A stretch of DNA of 64,000 nt from Ruminococcus sp. Lineage in GTDB: Bacteria > Bacillota > Clostridia > Oscillospirales > Ruminococcaceae. The position numbers and the translations under genes are program-made. Below are positions 51,895 to 61,174 of this stretch, in pieces. Within the stretch, counting starts at the first letter, position 1, and the number at the start of each line of letters is the position of its first letter. Below the pieces are notes generated by a model, which saw only the letters and a list, made by a program, of their open reading frames with translations, was not told where the DNA came from and ran no database searches. Where the stretch lies: positions 266 through 64,265 of the forward strand of contig NZ_JAFYYT010000029.1 in assembly GCF_017549005.1 (NCBI RefSeq), read 5' to 3'.

Positions 51895-52593
51895 TTATCC
51901 TTTCATCAGGAAATCCAGATCTTTCACATCTGTTATTTCCCTTTGGAAATGCTCAGCATTCTGCCTGAGCCATTCAGCGTCCTTCTCCCACCATTTCAAT
52001 GAGACAAGCTTTTCAATAATGCTGTCGTCAAAGCGCTTACTTATGACCTTTGCAGGAACTCCGCCGACGATAGTATAAGGAGCGACGTCCTTTGTCACTA
52101 CAGCTCCCATTGCTATTATAGCTCCGTCGCCGATCCTTATGCCGCCCTTGAGCATGACATTTTCGCCGATCCAAACGTCGTTTCCTATCTTAACGACGCT
52201 CCTCATTCCGTCTTCCTTTATGTAAAGCCCCTCGTCATATACGTCCTTTGCAGCAAAGCTTGCACCGCACTGCTTCTGAGTGGAATAGAAAACAGGAGCT
52301 GTCGACAGGAAACTCTTCGGGTGTACTGCTCCGATAGTCCTCACATTGCGGGATATGGAGCAGAACGAGCCGATATTCGCGTCGATCTCGCAGTTTTCAC
52401 CAATATATGTATAGGAGCCGATCTTTCCTTTTATCCATGTTTTTCTTCCGATCTTCACATTATCCGCAATTACAGTTCCCGGCTTTACCTTAGTTGAAAG
52501 GCTGAGCCTGACCTTGCGTCTTCTGACCGAAAGATATGCCGAATACATAAGATAAAAAATATTCCTATGTAATACCATAAACCAATTCCTCAC
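51895..52593 (-). CDS. Hexapeptide-repeat O-acetyltransferase (CatB/Vat-like)
   Basis: 'IGNDVWIGENVMLKGGIRIGDGAIIAMGAVVTKDVAPYTIVGGVPAKVISKRF...LKWWE'. Confidence 0.8.
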   Translation of the reverse strand: MRNWFMVLHRNIFYLMYSAYLSVRRRKVRLSLSTKVKPGTVIADNVKIGRKTWIKGKIGSYTYIGENCEIDANIGSFCSISRNVRTIGAVHPKSFLSTAPVFYSTQKQCGASFAAKDVYDEGLYIKEDGMRSVVKIGNDVWIGENVMLKGGIRIGDGAIIAMGAVVTKDVAPYTIVGGVPAKVISKRFDDSIIEKLVSLKWWEKDAEWLRQNAEHFQREITDVKDLDFLMKG

Positions 52594-52605
52594 ATTTTTT
52601 ATTTA

Positions 52606-53406
52606 TTACTCTGTAAAGAACTCAAATCCGAATTTTCTGAGCACTTTCTTTAATGCCCTCTTAGGCTTTCCTGGAGTATATCTTCCGATAATGGTCTTTA
52701 TTCCCAGCTTCACCTCATACCATACCGTATTTACATCGCGGTCGCCGTTGTATATGCCGGGGTGACGCTTGAAGTAATAATACGGCTTGTGGAGGAGCTT
52801 TCCCTTCCTTACGACGTCAAGTATCTCAAATTCCTTCCTTTTGCTCATTACACACTTCGCGCCGTATTCATTCGCTCTTTTGGACAGTGAAACCTCAAAC
52901 TGCCATGCGTTCTGAGGCTCTTTTATCATAGCAAGGATAAATTCCTTTTTCCAGAGTCCGGAATAAAGATTTACGCTGTAATTGCACTTTGTATTGAGAT
53001 TATGGATACCCTTGTAGCCCTCAAGTTCGTCAAGGATAGACTTCTTTGAGTGTATGAAAAGACGGACATAGTCGATATTTTCTTTCTCCATCATCTTCAG
53101 AAGACTTGCGATCGACTTGTCCCGGACCTTTTTTATAAGGTAATAGTCGTCAAGCGTGATAAAAACATAATCGGTTTTTACCTGTTCAATGGCGTATTTC
53201 AGACGCTCGGACCACTCTATCCCCTCGCCTGCCGATAATATCTTCACATTGGGATAGCTCTTGTCGCAGGGCTTATCCGTAACTATGTATGTATCCATGT
53301 TCCTGTCAGGCCAGTTCTGCTCAAGGAGCTTTACATGGCCGTCCCACAGGTCTGAAAATTTATCGCATGACAATATAAGCATTGTCATATTTCTTTTGCT
53401 GTTCAC
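52606..53406 (-). CDS. Polysaccharide-locus protein of unknown function (possible transferase)
   Basis: 266-aa ORF: 'MLILSCDKFSDLWDGHVKLLEQNWPD...FITLDDYYL'. The start/stop region overlaps the upstream gene by 4 nt. I cannot name a domain with confidence. Confidence 0.5.
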   Translation of the reverse strand: MNSKRNMTMLILSCDKFSDLWDGHVKLLEQNWPDRNMDTYIVTDKPCDKSYPNVKILSAGEGIEWSERLKYAIEQVKTDYVFITLDDYYLIKKVRDKSIASLLKMMEKENIDYVRLFIHSKKSILDELEGYKGIHNLNTKCNYSVNLYSGLWKKEFILAMIKEPQNAWQFEVSLSKRANEYGAKCVMSKRKEFEILDVVRKGKLLHKPYYYFKRHPGIYNGDRDVNTVWYEVKLGIKTIIGRYTPGKPKRALKKVLRKFGFEFFTE

Positions 53407-54719
53407 TTCTTTTTTGATACCTTCTTCATATTTTTTATAGCTTTTTCGACAACTTTTTCAGATGTCGAGCAGCTTGCACGTCTGTTATGATGCTTTTCGG
53501 TCATGACTATCGCCTGATCGTAATACTGTTTCTGAAGCTCCTTATCCCCGAAAAGCTTCCTGATGCAAGTTTCAAGGGATTCCTTTTCAGTGCATACCAT
53601 CGCAGCCTGCGTGGACTGCATATAATCGATGATACCGCTTTCAAGCGAGCCGTAAACAAGTATACCTGCTCCGCTTGAAAGGGCGTCCGCTGCCTTTGTG
53701 GAAAGGGAATAACGCGAAAGATTGATGTCCTTGTCTGCAAAGCCTTCCACAACAACGGTAACATCGCTCTCGGTCATGCGCTTCTGGACCTGTGCATAAG
53801 GAACAGAACCCATGAACTTCACATTGGGATTATCCTTGAAAACATCGTAGTAAACCGCGTCCTGCTCGTTGGAGTAGACCTCCAGTATGTAACTCGGATT
53901 GATCTTCCCGAGAGCATAGCCTATATCATTGAGGGAGTTGTTTCTGCCCATTCTGATATTGCCGAAATAGGTTATAACAGGAGCTTCCGTATTTATGGTC
54001 TGAAACGGCTTTCGCTCAATGGTGGAGGCAAGATACACCGTCTCTCCGTCAAGACCGAACTCGGAATTGTACTTGTCCCTGATCTTGTCGCTGATATATA
54101 TGGCACTTCCGCGCCATGCAAGCACTTTTCTTATAAGTCTGCGGTAAGTCCGCTTATACAGATGATACAGCGGATTCGCAGTCTTTTCGAGGTTGAAGTA
54201 ATAATCATCGCCTATGCACGAAACTATAGGGATATTGTACCTTTTGGCAGCATACATCGCTATTTTCGGAATGAAATAATCGTCCGAAAACGCTAAAAAT
54301 ATGCATTCGGGCTTGAAATCGTCCATCCATTTGTTCAGCTTTTCCGTACACCAGAATTTCTTTCTCCACAGCAAGCCCCTGAGAAGATGCGTCAGAGGAG
54401 AGTGCTTACGTCCGAATTTATAGGCTGCCTTTGCAGTATCGCCCTTTACCTCTAAATCAGTATCAGTCCATTCATCTTCCAGCTCGTCGTAATTATATAT
54501 CACGCCCGTTTCCAGCTTTTTTCCCTGCCATCTCTGAAGCATACGATGATCGGTTATCTGATAAAGGGTGCCGCAGTGTCCCTTGCAGGGGCGTTTGGTA
54601 TTTGAAAATATCTGCGCGATGTTCTCTTTCTCCCAATAATGAAAATATGCATCAAACGCCCGTGATGTAGATTTTGTATTATATGGAACAGTTCCGATAA
54701 TTAAAAGCCTTGGATGCAT
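53403..54719 (-). CDS. Putative glycosyltransferase (GT-B-like C-terminal half)
   Basis: 438-aa ORF in operon context: 'RLLIIGTVPYNTKSTSRAF' and '...VVVEGFADKD...SLSTKAADALSSGAGILVYG'. The assignment is tentative. Confidence 0.45.
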   Translation of the reverse strand: MHPRLLIIGTVPYNTKSTSRAFDAYFHYWEKENIAQIFSNTKRPCKGHCGTLYQITDHRMLQRWQGKKLETGVIYNYDELEDEWTDTDLEVKGDTAKAAYKFGRKHSPLTHLLRGLLWRKKFWCTEKLNKWMDDFKPECIFLAFSDDYFIPKIAMYAAKRYNIPIVSCIGDDYYFNLEKTANPLYHLYKRTYRRLIRKVLAWRGSAIYISDKIRDKYNSEFGLDGETVYLASTIERKPFQTINTEAPVITYFGNIRMGRNNSLNDIGYALGKINPSYILEVYSNEQDAVYYDVFKDNPNVKFMGSVPYAQVQKRMTESDVTVVVEGFADKDINLSRYSLSTKAADALSSGAGILVYGSLESGIIDYMQSTQAAMVCTEKESLETCIRKLFGDKELQKQYYDQAIVMTEKHHNRRASCSTSEKVVEKAIKNMKKVSKKK

Positions 54720-54746
54720 ATTATCTATCCTTTCAAATTCACCTTT

Positions 54747-55799
54747 TTATTTTTTCCTGCCGTACAGCCCCAGCTTGAAAAACGAGTTCTTTTCAGTAAG
54801 AAGTATCAGCGCCGATACTCCCGCAATTGCTATCAGCCAGTTTGCCGCAGTCAGTGAGACTCCAGATACAGAGCTGAATGCAGGAGTTGTTTTCATTTTC
54901 AGAAGGTCAAGGAAAATATAGTGCGCAAGGTATATCTCCAAAGAGTGAGTACCGATCCACACTGCTGCCTTTGCTATTCCTGAATCATGAGGTCTGCCGC
55001 TGAGCAGAGCACTGCACAAGCCGCATACGGCTATACAGCCCGTCATCGACGCAGCTGCACGGATAATTACCGATATCCCGCCGTCGTCAAGCTCGAATAT
55101 ATGATATCTCATAAGAAGATACATCCATACGACGCCGCATACCGCAACGGTAACATCAACAGCTTTCTTTCCGCAGCTTTTTTCAAAAATACGGTCGCTG
55201 TATGCTCCGAACAGATAGCCTGCGTAATAAAACGGCATATAATAAAGTGTAAGCTTTATCGCAAGGAACGAAAGTCCTGCAAGTCTGCCCGTTACGGCAA
55301 GTACAGCCATTCCGGCTGCATAAAGCAGAAAGAAAACAGCCTGACGCTTAATGCCGTCGCGCTTTGCAGCTTTGACCGCCGCAAATCTTGCACAACCGAA
55401 TATCATGCTGATAGTCCATATCGTGGCTAAGAACCAATAACCCGAGTCCATATGCCACAGCAGCCACCTGATATTCAGGTAATCATGCTGCCCCAACACC
55501 AGGCCACGGATAAGGAAGCTCCATACTGCCCATGGCAGAAGATATGCGACAGTACGCCTTTTAACATAGCTCCAAAAGCTTGAAGCACTGTCGATCTCTC
55601 TGCTGTATTTCGTAACATAGCCGCTTATCAGTATGAACAGCGGCATCTGCAGTGACCATACTACATTATACAGGAAGCTTTTTTCTGCTCCCTGCGTACA
55701 TCCTGTCATGGTATGACCGAGAACTACCATAAGTATGGCAATTCCGCGCATGATATCAACGATACGGTTCCTTTCCCCAGACATAGCTGTCTTATTCAC
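54747..55799 (-). CDS. Acyltransferase-3 family membrane O-acyltransferase
   Basis: 'RIVDIMRGIAILMVVLGH' N-terminal signature and about 10 TM segments. Confidence 0.8.
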   Translation of the reverse strand: MNKTAMSGERNRIVDIMRGIAILMVVLGHTMTGCTQGAEKSFLYNVVWSLQMPLFILISGYVTKYSREIDSASSFWSYVKRRTVAYLLPWAVWSFLIRGLVLGQHDYLNIRWLLWHMDSGYWFLATIWTISMIFGCARFAAVKAAKRDGIKRQAVFFLLYAAGMAVLAVTGRLAGLSFLAIKLTLYYMPFYYAGYLFGAYSDRIFEKSCGKKAVDVTVAVCGVVWMYLLMRYHIFELDDGGISVIIRAAASMTGCIAVCGLCSALLSGRPHDSGIAKAAVWIGTHSLEIYLAHYIFLDLLKMKTTPAFSSVSGVSLTAANWLIAIAGVSALILLTEKNSFFKLGLYGRKK

Positions 55800-55800
55800 C

Positions 55801-56691
55801 TCATTTTTGCTTCTTTAAGTAGTCTTTATACGGAATATCTGCACTGAAGTGCAGAGCTGAATGATTTGCTGCGTTTTTTACTATTTTTTTCCAGTCACCG
55901 TACTGAACTGTAAGGCGTTCCTCATATTTATAAGGAGCAGAAATAGTTCTGTCCTCGAACGGAAGATCAACAGTCTTTTCAAACAACGCCCTGTCCCAAG
56001 TGTATTTAGCATACCCGGGAGTATATGAAGTCACTCCGACCTTTTTTGTCCTTCCTTTTTCACATTTTGCAACAGATAAGTATCTTCTGCATATTTTGTC
56101 AGAAGATGTGAACAAAGAAATGAGCTTCCACAGACCGCTTGCAGCCCTTCTTGTGGCTGTTGCCTTTACAGAGCTGTTTTTAAGAGCGCGGTCAGTCTCG
56201 AAGCACTTGAACATATATTGCAGAGCTTTGAGTCTTATGGTCTGCCATTTGTACTTTGCGGCACTGTCGGGAATATTGTAAAGCGGAAATATATCAATGA
56301 AGATACCGTGATTTCCGCCGGGGCTCATTTCCAGCTCCCACTGTGAAAAACACGTGGTATCACTTCTTCTCAGCTTGGCGTGCCAGGGATAAAAACCCTT
56401 TTCCGTATTCCAGTACTGCAAAAAATACGGCGGCTCAAGCTCCTCCTTCGCGAATCTGCAAAACGCTTCAAAATCATCCACAAACATCTGAACGTCTATA
56501 TCATCGTCCCATGGGATAAAACCTTTATGTCTTACAGCTCCGAGCAGGGTTCCGCCGTCCGCATAGTATTTAAGTCCGTGTTTTTTACATATTTTTTCAA
56601 GGCGATCGAGCAGATCAAGCTGGACCGCCCAAAGCTTTTTTGTTTCTGCTGTAACTAAATGTCCATCTCTTACTTCTTCGTTAAGTTCCAT
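55801..56691 (-). CDS. LicD-family phosphotransferase (copy 2)
   Basis: 'LLDRLEKICKKHGLKYYADGGTLLGAVRHKGFIPWDDDIDVQM'. Confidence 0.85.
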   Translation of the reverse strand: MELNEEVRDGHLVTAETKKLWAVQLDLLDRLEKICKKHGLKYYADGGTLLGAVRHKGFIPWDDDIDVQMFVDDFEAFCRFAKEELEPPYFLQYWNTEKGFYPWHAKLRRSDTTCFSQWELEMSPGGNHGIFIDIFPLYNIPDSAAKYKWQTIRLKALQYMFKCFETDRALKNSSVKATATRRAASGLWKLISLFTSSDKICRRYLSVAKCEKGRTKKVGVTSYTPGYAKYTWDRALFEKTVDLPFEDRTISAPYKYEERLTVQYGDWKKIVKNAANHSALHFSADIPYKDYLKKQK

Positions 56692-56719
56692 TTTTTCCTC
56701 ACATTCTTACTGCTTCACA

Positions 56720-57625
56720 TTATTTTTCAGATTTAAAAGCTATATCGCATATAAAGTGTCGTTCTCTTTTTTCAACAGGAGGCACCTGCATATAATCTCC
56801 GTAAAGATTTTCAAGGTATTTCTTGTAATTGTGCGGCATCAGAGCTTCTTTGCCCTCAAATTCTCCCTTAACTACAGGAAAAAAGAAGTCTGTCCTTATT
56901 ATTTCACCGAAATAGTGACCTCTTCCGGTAGGGATGCTTGATAATTTTGTTTTTTTCCTGTAACGAACAGCCTTATCCACTAAATCGAACCACTTATTGC
57001 TGTTCATAAACGAAAATATCCTTCCCACAAAAAGCCTTTTGCGGTAGACATTCTCGCCGTCCTCCGCCTGAGAAAGGTACTTTCTGAGTGTCTCGTTCCT
57101 GCCCTCATACGTCTGAACCTGTCCCGCTATATACATAAGACCTGTTGCCAGAAAGCCCTTGAACTTGCGGTACATGAAGTTATCGGGGACATTTTCGATT
57201 ATAAAGAGGTCAACGGCGATATTATGAGGAATATCAACGCCGTCGTCCTCAACTGTGACCAGCTTCGTACCCTTGATAAGTATCTGAGGGAATCGCTGTC
57301 TTGCCCTGCCCTTACAGTTCGGAGCGCTGAGTATGTATTTTTCACCCAGTTCTTTATCAAATACCTTTCTGAACTTATCAAAGTGTTCCCTGCTGATGGC
57401 AAGGTCAAGATCGTCGTCCCAGGGGATAAAGCCCTTATGCCTTACACCGCCCAAAAGAGTACCGCCTATGAGCATGACTTCTATGCCGTGTTTTTCACAG
57501 GCATTATATATGTCCGTATATGCCGACAGGAACAGCTCTTTGAGCTTTCGGCTCTCATCCTCTGTTAATTCTCTTAAAAAACCCTGTTTTGGTACGCTGT
57601 TTAAAAGCTGCTTGTAGGATCTCAT
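56720..57625 (-). CDS. LicD-family phosphotransferase (copy 1)
   Basis: 'IYNACEKHGIEVMLIGGTLLGGVRHKGFIPWDDDLDLAI'. Confidence 0.85.
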   Translation of the reverse strand: MRSYKQLLNSVPKQGFLRELTEDESRKLKELFLSAYTDIYNACEKHGIEVMLIGGTLLGGVRHKGFIPWDDDLDLAISREHFDKFRKVFDKELGEKYILSAPNCKGRARQRFPQILIKGTKLVTVEDDGVDIPHNIAVDLFIIENVPDNFMYRKFKGFLATGLMYIAGQVQTYEGRNETLRKYLSQAEDGENVYRKRLFVGRIFSFMNSNKWFDLVDKAVRYRKKTKLSSIPTGRGHYFGEIIRTDFFFPVVKGEFEGKEALMPHNYKKYLENLYGDYMQVPPVEKRERHFICDIAFKSEK

Positions 57626-57643
57626 ATACCTCTCCTGTTTTTA

Positions 57644-58465
57644 TTATTCTCTTGCAAACTTACGGAATACCCAGCCTCTAACCTTGTTTGGCATGAGTTT
57701 CTCCACGATCAGCCTTTTTACTGAGTTGGCAACAAATGTTGAAAAGCCAATCATATGCTTTTCAAGCATCAGCTTCTGAATGCCTATCTCACTCTTGAAG
57801 TACTTGTTGCCGCCGCGTCTCTGATACATATCTGCACCGACACGGGTATGCACCAGCGTATCGGGAAGATTTGCAAATTTGCAGCCCTCGAGGGCAAGCC
57901 TTATCCACAGGTAATAGTCCTCATTCCAGAACCAGTCCTTATAGTTGCCAGCCTTTATGACATCGCTCTTTCTGAACATTACCGTCATGTGATTGAAAGG
58001 GCAGCGTTTTTTCATAAATTCCTTCAGCTCTGCGTCTGTCTGCGAAACCACACGTCTGCCTACTACCTTGTCAGGAGAAGTGATGAATTCCTCGATCTGT
58101 CCGCCAAGTATTGTAAGCTGCGGATCATTCTCAAAAAAGCGGAGCTGCTTCTCACAGCGGTCAGATACTGCTATATCGTCAGTATCCATACGGGCAACAA
58201 GCTCGTTTCTGCAGACCTTGAGTCCTGCATTCAGAGCAAGTCCGAGTCCCTGATTCTTTTCAAGTACCAGTACATTGAAAAGCTCGGGAAATTTGTCCTC
58301 GTATTCGCCTACTACGTTGTAAAGCTCGTCAGTAAGAGGTCCGTCCTCAACAAGAACGATCTCGTCAGGCTGAACTGTCTGATTTATCATGGATTCCAAA
58401 GCGGAACGGAGATATTCTGGGTTTTCTTTCTGATACAATGACATTAATACGCTGTATTTTTCCAT
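57644..58465 (-). CDS. Family 2 glycosyltransferase
   Basis: 'YSVLMSLYQKENPEYLRSALESMINQTVQPDEIVLVEDGP' and 'ARMDTDD'. Confidence 0.85.
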   Translation of the reverse strand: MEKYSVLMSLYQKENPEYLRSALESMINQTVQPDEIVLVEDGPLTDELYNVVGEYEDKFPELFNVLVLEKNQGLGLALNAGLKVCRNELVARMDTDDIAVSDRCEKQLRFFENDPQLTILGGQIEEFITSPDKVVGRRVVSQTDAELKEFMKKRCPFNHMTVMFRKSDVIKAGNYKDWFWNEDYYLWIRLALEGCKFANLPDTLVHTRVGADMYQRRGGNKYFKSEIGIQKLMLEKHMIGFSTFVANSVKRLIVEKLMPNKVRGWVFRKFARE

Positions 58466-59206
58466 TCAGATCTTCCTTTCATGCTTTTCCAGCAGCTTCC
58501 TTGCCTCTGCCTGTAACTCGTCATACCTTTCCTTGCTGACTCTGCCTTCAGCCAGCAGTACATCGCCGTAATCAAGGGCAAGATCAGTCTCGGCTGCGTT
58601 TGTTTCGTCTTTTCTTCGTATAAATACCTGCATAGCTGTTTTTACAACAAGTTTCACATCTCCGATGAAACTTACCTTTTCGATGTATTTCTGATCCCAG
58701 TTGAGCTTATCGTCCCAGGTTATGGCATTTCTGCCGTTTGTCTGAGCAAGGCCGCTCATACCCGGTACTGCTGTGTGTCTCATTCTCTGTTTTTCCGTCA
58801 TGAATACCATGTCGCGTACAAGCTGCGGACGCGGACCGATTATGCTCATGTCGCCTTTTAAAATATTGAAAGCCTCGGGCAGCTCGTCCAGGCTCGTTGC
58901 CCTCAGGAACTTTCCGAACTTCGGAAGGCGCTGCCCGTCGGGCAGCAACTCTCCGTTTTCGTCCCTTTCATCAGTCATTGTGCGGAATTTATACATATCA
59001 AAGAGGGTTTCCTCACCTGTTTTCGGATCAACAATGCCGGGACGCGGCTGCCTGAAAATAACAGGAGACCCCATTTTTATTCTCACAATAACTGCTATGA
59101 CAGCATATAGCCAGCTGAAAAGAATAATCGCCAGCAGAGCGCATATAATATCGATCAGCCGCTTTATGTACCTTTCATAAAAGCCTCTTTTTCGCTGAAG
59201 TCGCAT
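58466..59206 (-). CDS. Initiating sugar-phosphate transferase (bacterial sugar transferase, PglC/WbaP C-terminal type)
   Basis: 'RLIDIICALLAIILFSW' TM segment, 'SPVIFRQPRPG', 'MYKFRTM' and 'SLDELPEAFNILKGDMSIIGPRP'. GGAAGGAAAG RBS precedes the ATG at 59206; the ORF track start at 59287 would overlap the vanZ-like gene. Confidence 0.85.
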   Translation of the reverse strand: MRLQRKRGFYERYIKRLIDIICALLAIILFSWLYAVIAVIVRIKMGSPVIFRQPRPGIVDPKTGEETLFDMYKFRTMTDERDENGELLPDGQRLPKFGKFLRATSLDELPEAFNILKGDMSIIGPRPQLVRDMVFMTEKQRMRHTAVPGMSGLAQTNGRNAITWDDKLNWDQKYIEKVSFIGDVKLVVKTAMQVFIRRKDETNAAETDLALDYGDVLLAEGRVSKERYDELQAEARKLLEKHERKI

Positions 59207-59228
59207 TTGCTCTTTCCTTCCGTATTTA

Positions 59229-59714
59229 TTATTGTGTATCCTTATTTTTTCTGTGCTTTCCCGAAATAAACGCTCTGAGAAGGCCATAGCCCGTCAAAGC
59301 GCCCAGACTGTTGCAGATCACGTCATCAAGCTCACACAAACCTAATCGTGCAGCATACTGCGTGACCTCTATAAATACCGAAAACACAAGTCCGACGCTA
59401 AGCACCGCAAGCCATTCCCTGCCTCTGAATGCAGAGGGCAGACGCTTAACCAAACTGCGCGGAAAAGACATTCCGAAGGGAACAAAAAACAGGATATTGA
59501 AGATATTCTGCAAAACATCTGTTTTCCACTCCGGGTGTCCCGTCAGCATTTCGCGGTAAGCCCACATAAACCGCATATCAGCCTTATGATATGCGCCCTG
59601 TTTTCTCAGCAAAAGCGTATAACAGACAATGAAAAAGCAGTAAACTCCGAAAAAGACGAGCTTTATCCTTTGTCTGTTATCCCATATGAACTTCTTTGCC
59701 TGTGATATGCTCAA
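59229..59714 (-). CDS. VanZ-like family membrane protein
   Basis: 'NILFFVPFGMSFP', 'SVFIEVTQY' and 'CELDDVICNSLGALTGY'. Confidence 0.75.
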   Translation of the reverse strand: MSISQAKKFIWDNRQRIKLVFFGVYCFFIVCYTLLLRKQGAYHKADMRFMWAYREMLTGHPEWKTDVLQNIFNILFFVPFGMSFPRSLVKRLPSAFRGREWLAVLSVGLVFSVFIEVTQYAARLGLCELDDVICNSLGALTGYGLLRAFISGKHRKNKDTQ

Positions 59715-61051
59715 TTAAAGCACCTGTGAATTATGTCGATGATCACATTCTGTTCCTCTGCGGTCATCTTGTTATCGGAAGGCAGACATAAGCCTCTCTG
59801 GAATATATCAGCTCCCACGTCTGTCATATTGCCTGCGATGTATGCATTGCTCTGACCTCTGCCGTTGCCGTCAGCCGTGATGAATCCATGACTTCTGTAG
59901 ATAGGCTGGAGATGCATGGGCTTCCATATCGGGCGGCCTTCTGCATTATACTTTGACAGAGCATTAAGTATTTCGCCCGGTGAACTCTTTCCTGCCTCGC
60001 TTGTCCAAAGCTCGTCACTTCCGCTGCGTACAAACAGCGTCATGGCGTCAGGATTTATTATCATGCATGAAAGCCAGTAATTCGGAACGCTGGTAGCAGC
60101 GTCAAAGGGATTCATCGATATCGGGAGGTCTGCAAGTCCCTCCTTGTATCTCTCGTAAATCGCTTTCTTCTGTCCGATATGCTCGTTAAGATGAGGGAGC
60201 TGTCCCCTTACGATACCTGCAATGATATTGCTCATACGGTAATTGTAGCCGAGCTCCTCATGCTGATACCACGGTGCGGCTTCACGGCTCTGTGTAGACC
60301 ATTTGCGTATCTTGTCCGCATCAGCCTTGTCCGAGCACAGAAGCATTCCGCCGCTGCTTCCCGTTACTATCTTGTTTCCGTTGAACGATATTACTGAAAA
60401 GTCTCCGAAAGTACCTGTCTGCCTGCCCTTATATGTAGCGCCAAAGCTCTCGGCAGCGTCTTCAACTATCAGTGCATTGTGTTTATCGGCTATTTTTCTG
60501 ATAAGGTCTATCTTACCGGGAGTACCATAAAGATGAGCAACCACTATAAGCTTTACATCGGGATATATCTCAAAAGCCTTTTCAAGCGCCTCGGGAGACA
60601 TATTCCAGGTGTCGGACTCTGTGTCGATGAATACAGGCTCGCCGCCTTCATATGTTATGGGATTTACAGTTGCGTCAAAGGTCATATCGGAAGCAAAGAC
60701 CTTTTTGCCCTCAAGGCTTCCGTGACCTACTCTCGGAAGACCGTACAGTTTCTCGCCTGCAAGTCTTATCGCCAGATGAAGTGCAGCTGTTCCGCATGAC
60801 AGAGCAACAGCACAGTTGACATGAAGGTATTCGCAAACCTGCTTTTCAATAACATTGATGTTTTCGCCTACCGTAGATACCCAGTTGGTCCTTATCGCCT
60901 CGTCCACCCACTTCTGTTCTTCTCCGTGCATTGTCGGCGACGCGAGCCAGAGCTTTTGCTTAAACGGTTCTATCCCCGCAAATCTGGAATCAGAATTCTG
61001 AATGATACTGCCGACCTCCTTAACATTACCTTTCATTTTAACTGCGCTCAT
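59711..61051 (-). CDS. DegT/DnrJ/EryC1/StrS-family PLP-dependent sugar aminotransferase
   Basis: 'VALSCGTAALHLA', 'ALIVEDAAESFGA' and 'SFNGNKIVTGSSGGMLL' (PLP lysine). Confidence 0.85.
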   Translation of the reverse strand: MSAVKMKGNVKEVGSIIQNSDSRFAGIEPFKQKLWLASPTMHGEEQKWVDEAIRTNWVSTVGENINVIEKQVCEYLHVNCAVALSCGTAALHLAIRLAGEKLYGLPRVGHGSLEGKKVFASDMTFDATVNPITYEGGEPVFIDTESDTWNMSPEALEKAFEIYPDVKLIVVAHLYGTPGKIDLIRKIADKHNALIVEDAAESFGATYKGRQTGTFGDFSVISFNGNKIVTGSSGGMLLCSDKADADKIRKWSTQSREAAPWYQHEELGYNYRMSNIIAGIVRGQLPHLNEHIGQKKAIYERYKEGLADLPISMNPFDAATSVPNYWLSCMIINPDAMTLFVRSGSDELWTSEAGKSSPGEILNALSKYNAEGRPIWKPMHLQPIYRSHGFITADGNGRGQSNAYIAGNMTDVGADIFQRGLCLPSDNKMTAEEQNVIIDIIHRCFN

Positions 61052-61174
61052 CGGGTATGCTCCTTTAATGTAATTTCGTTTTTTATTCTCTTTAATGTCA
61101 TTTTAAACTTAGAAGTTTATCTTTCTATGTCTTTTCCAGCAGCCCTGAGGGATAAGGCCGCATTCTTTTCATTG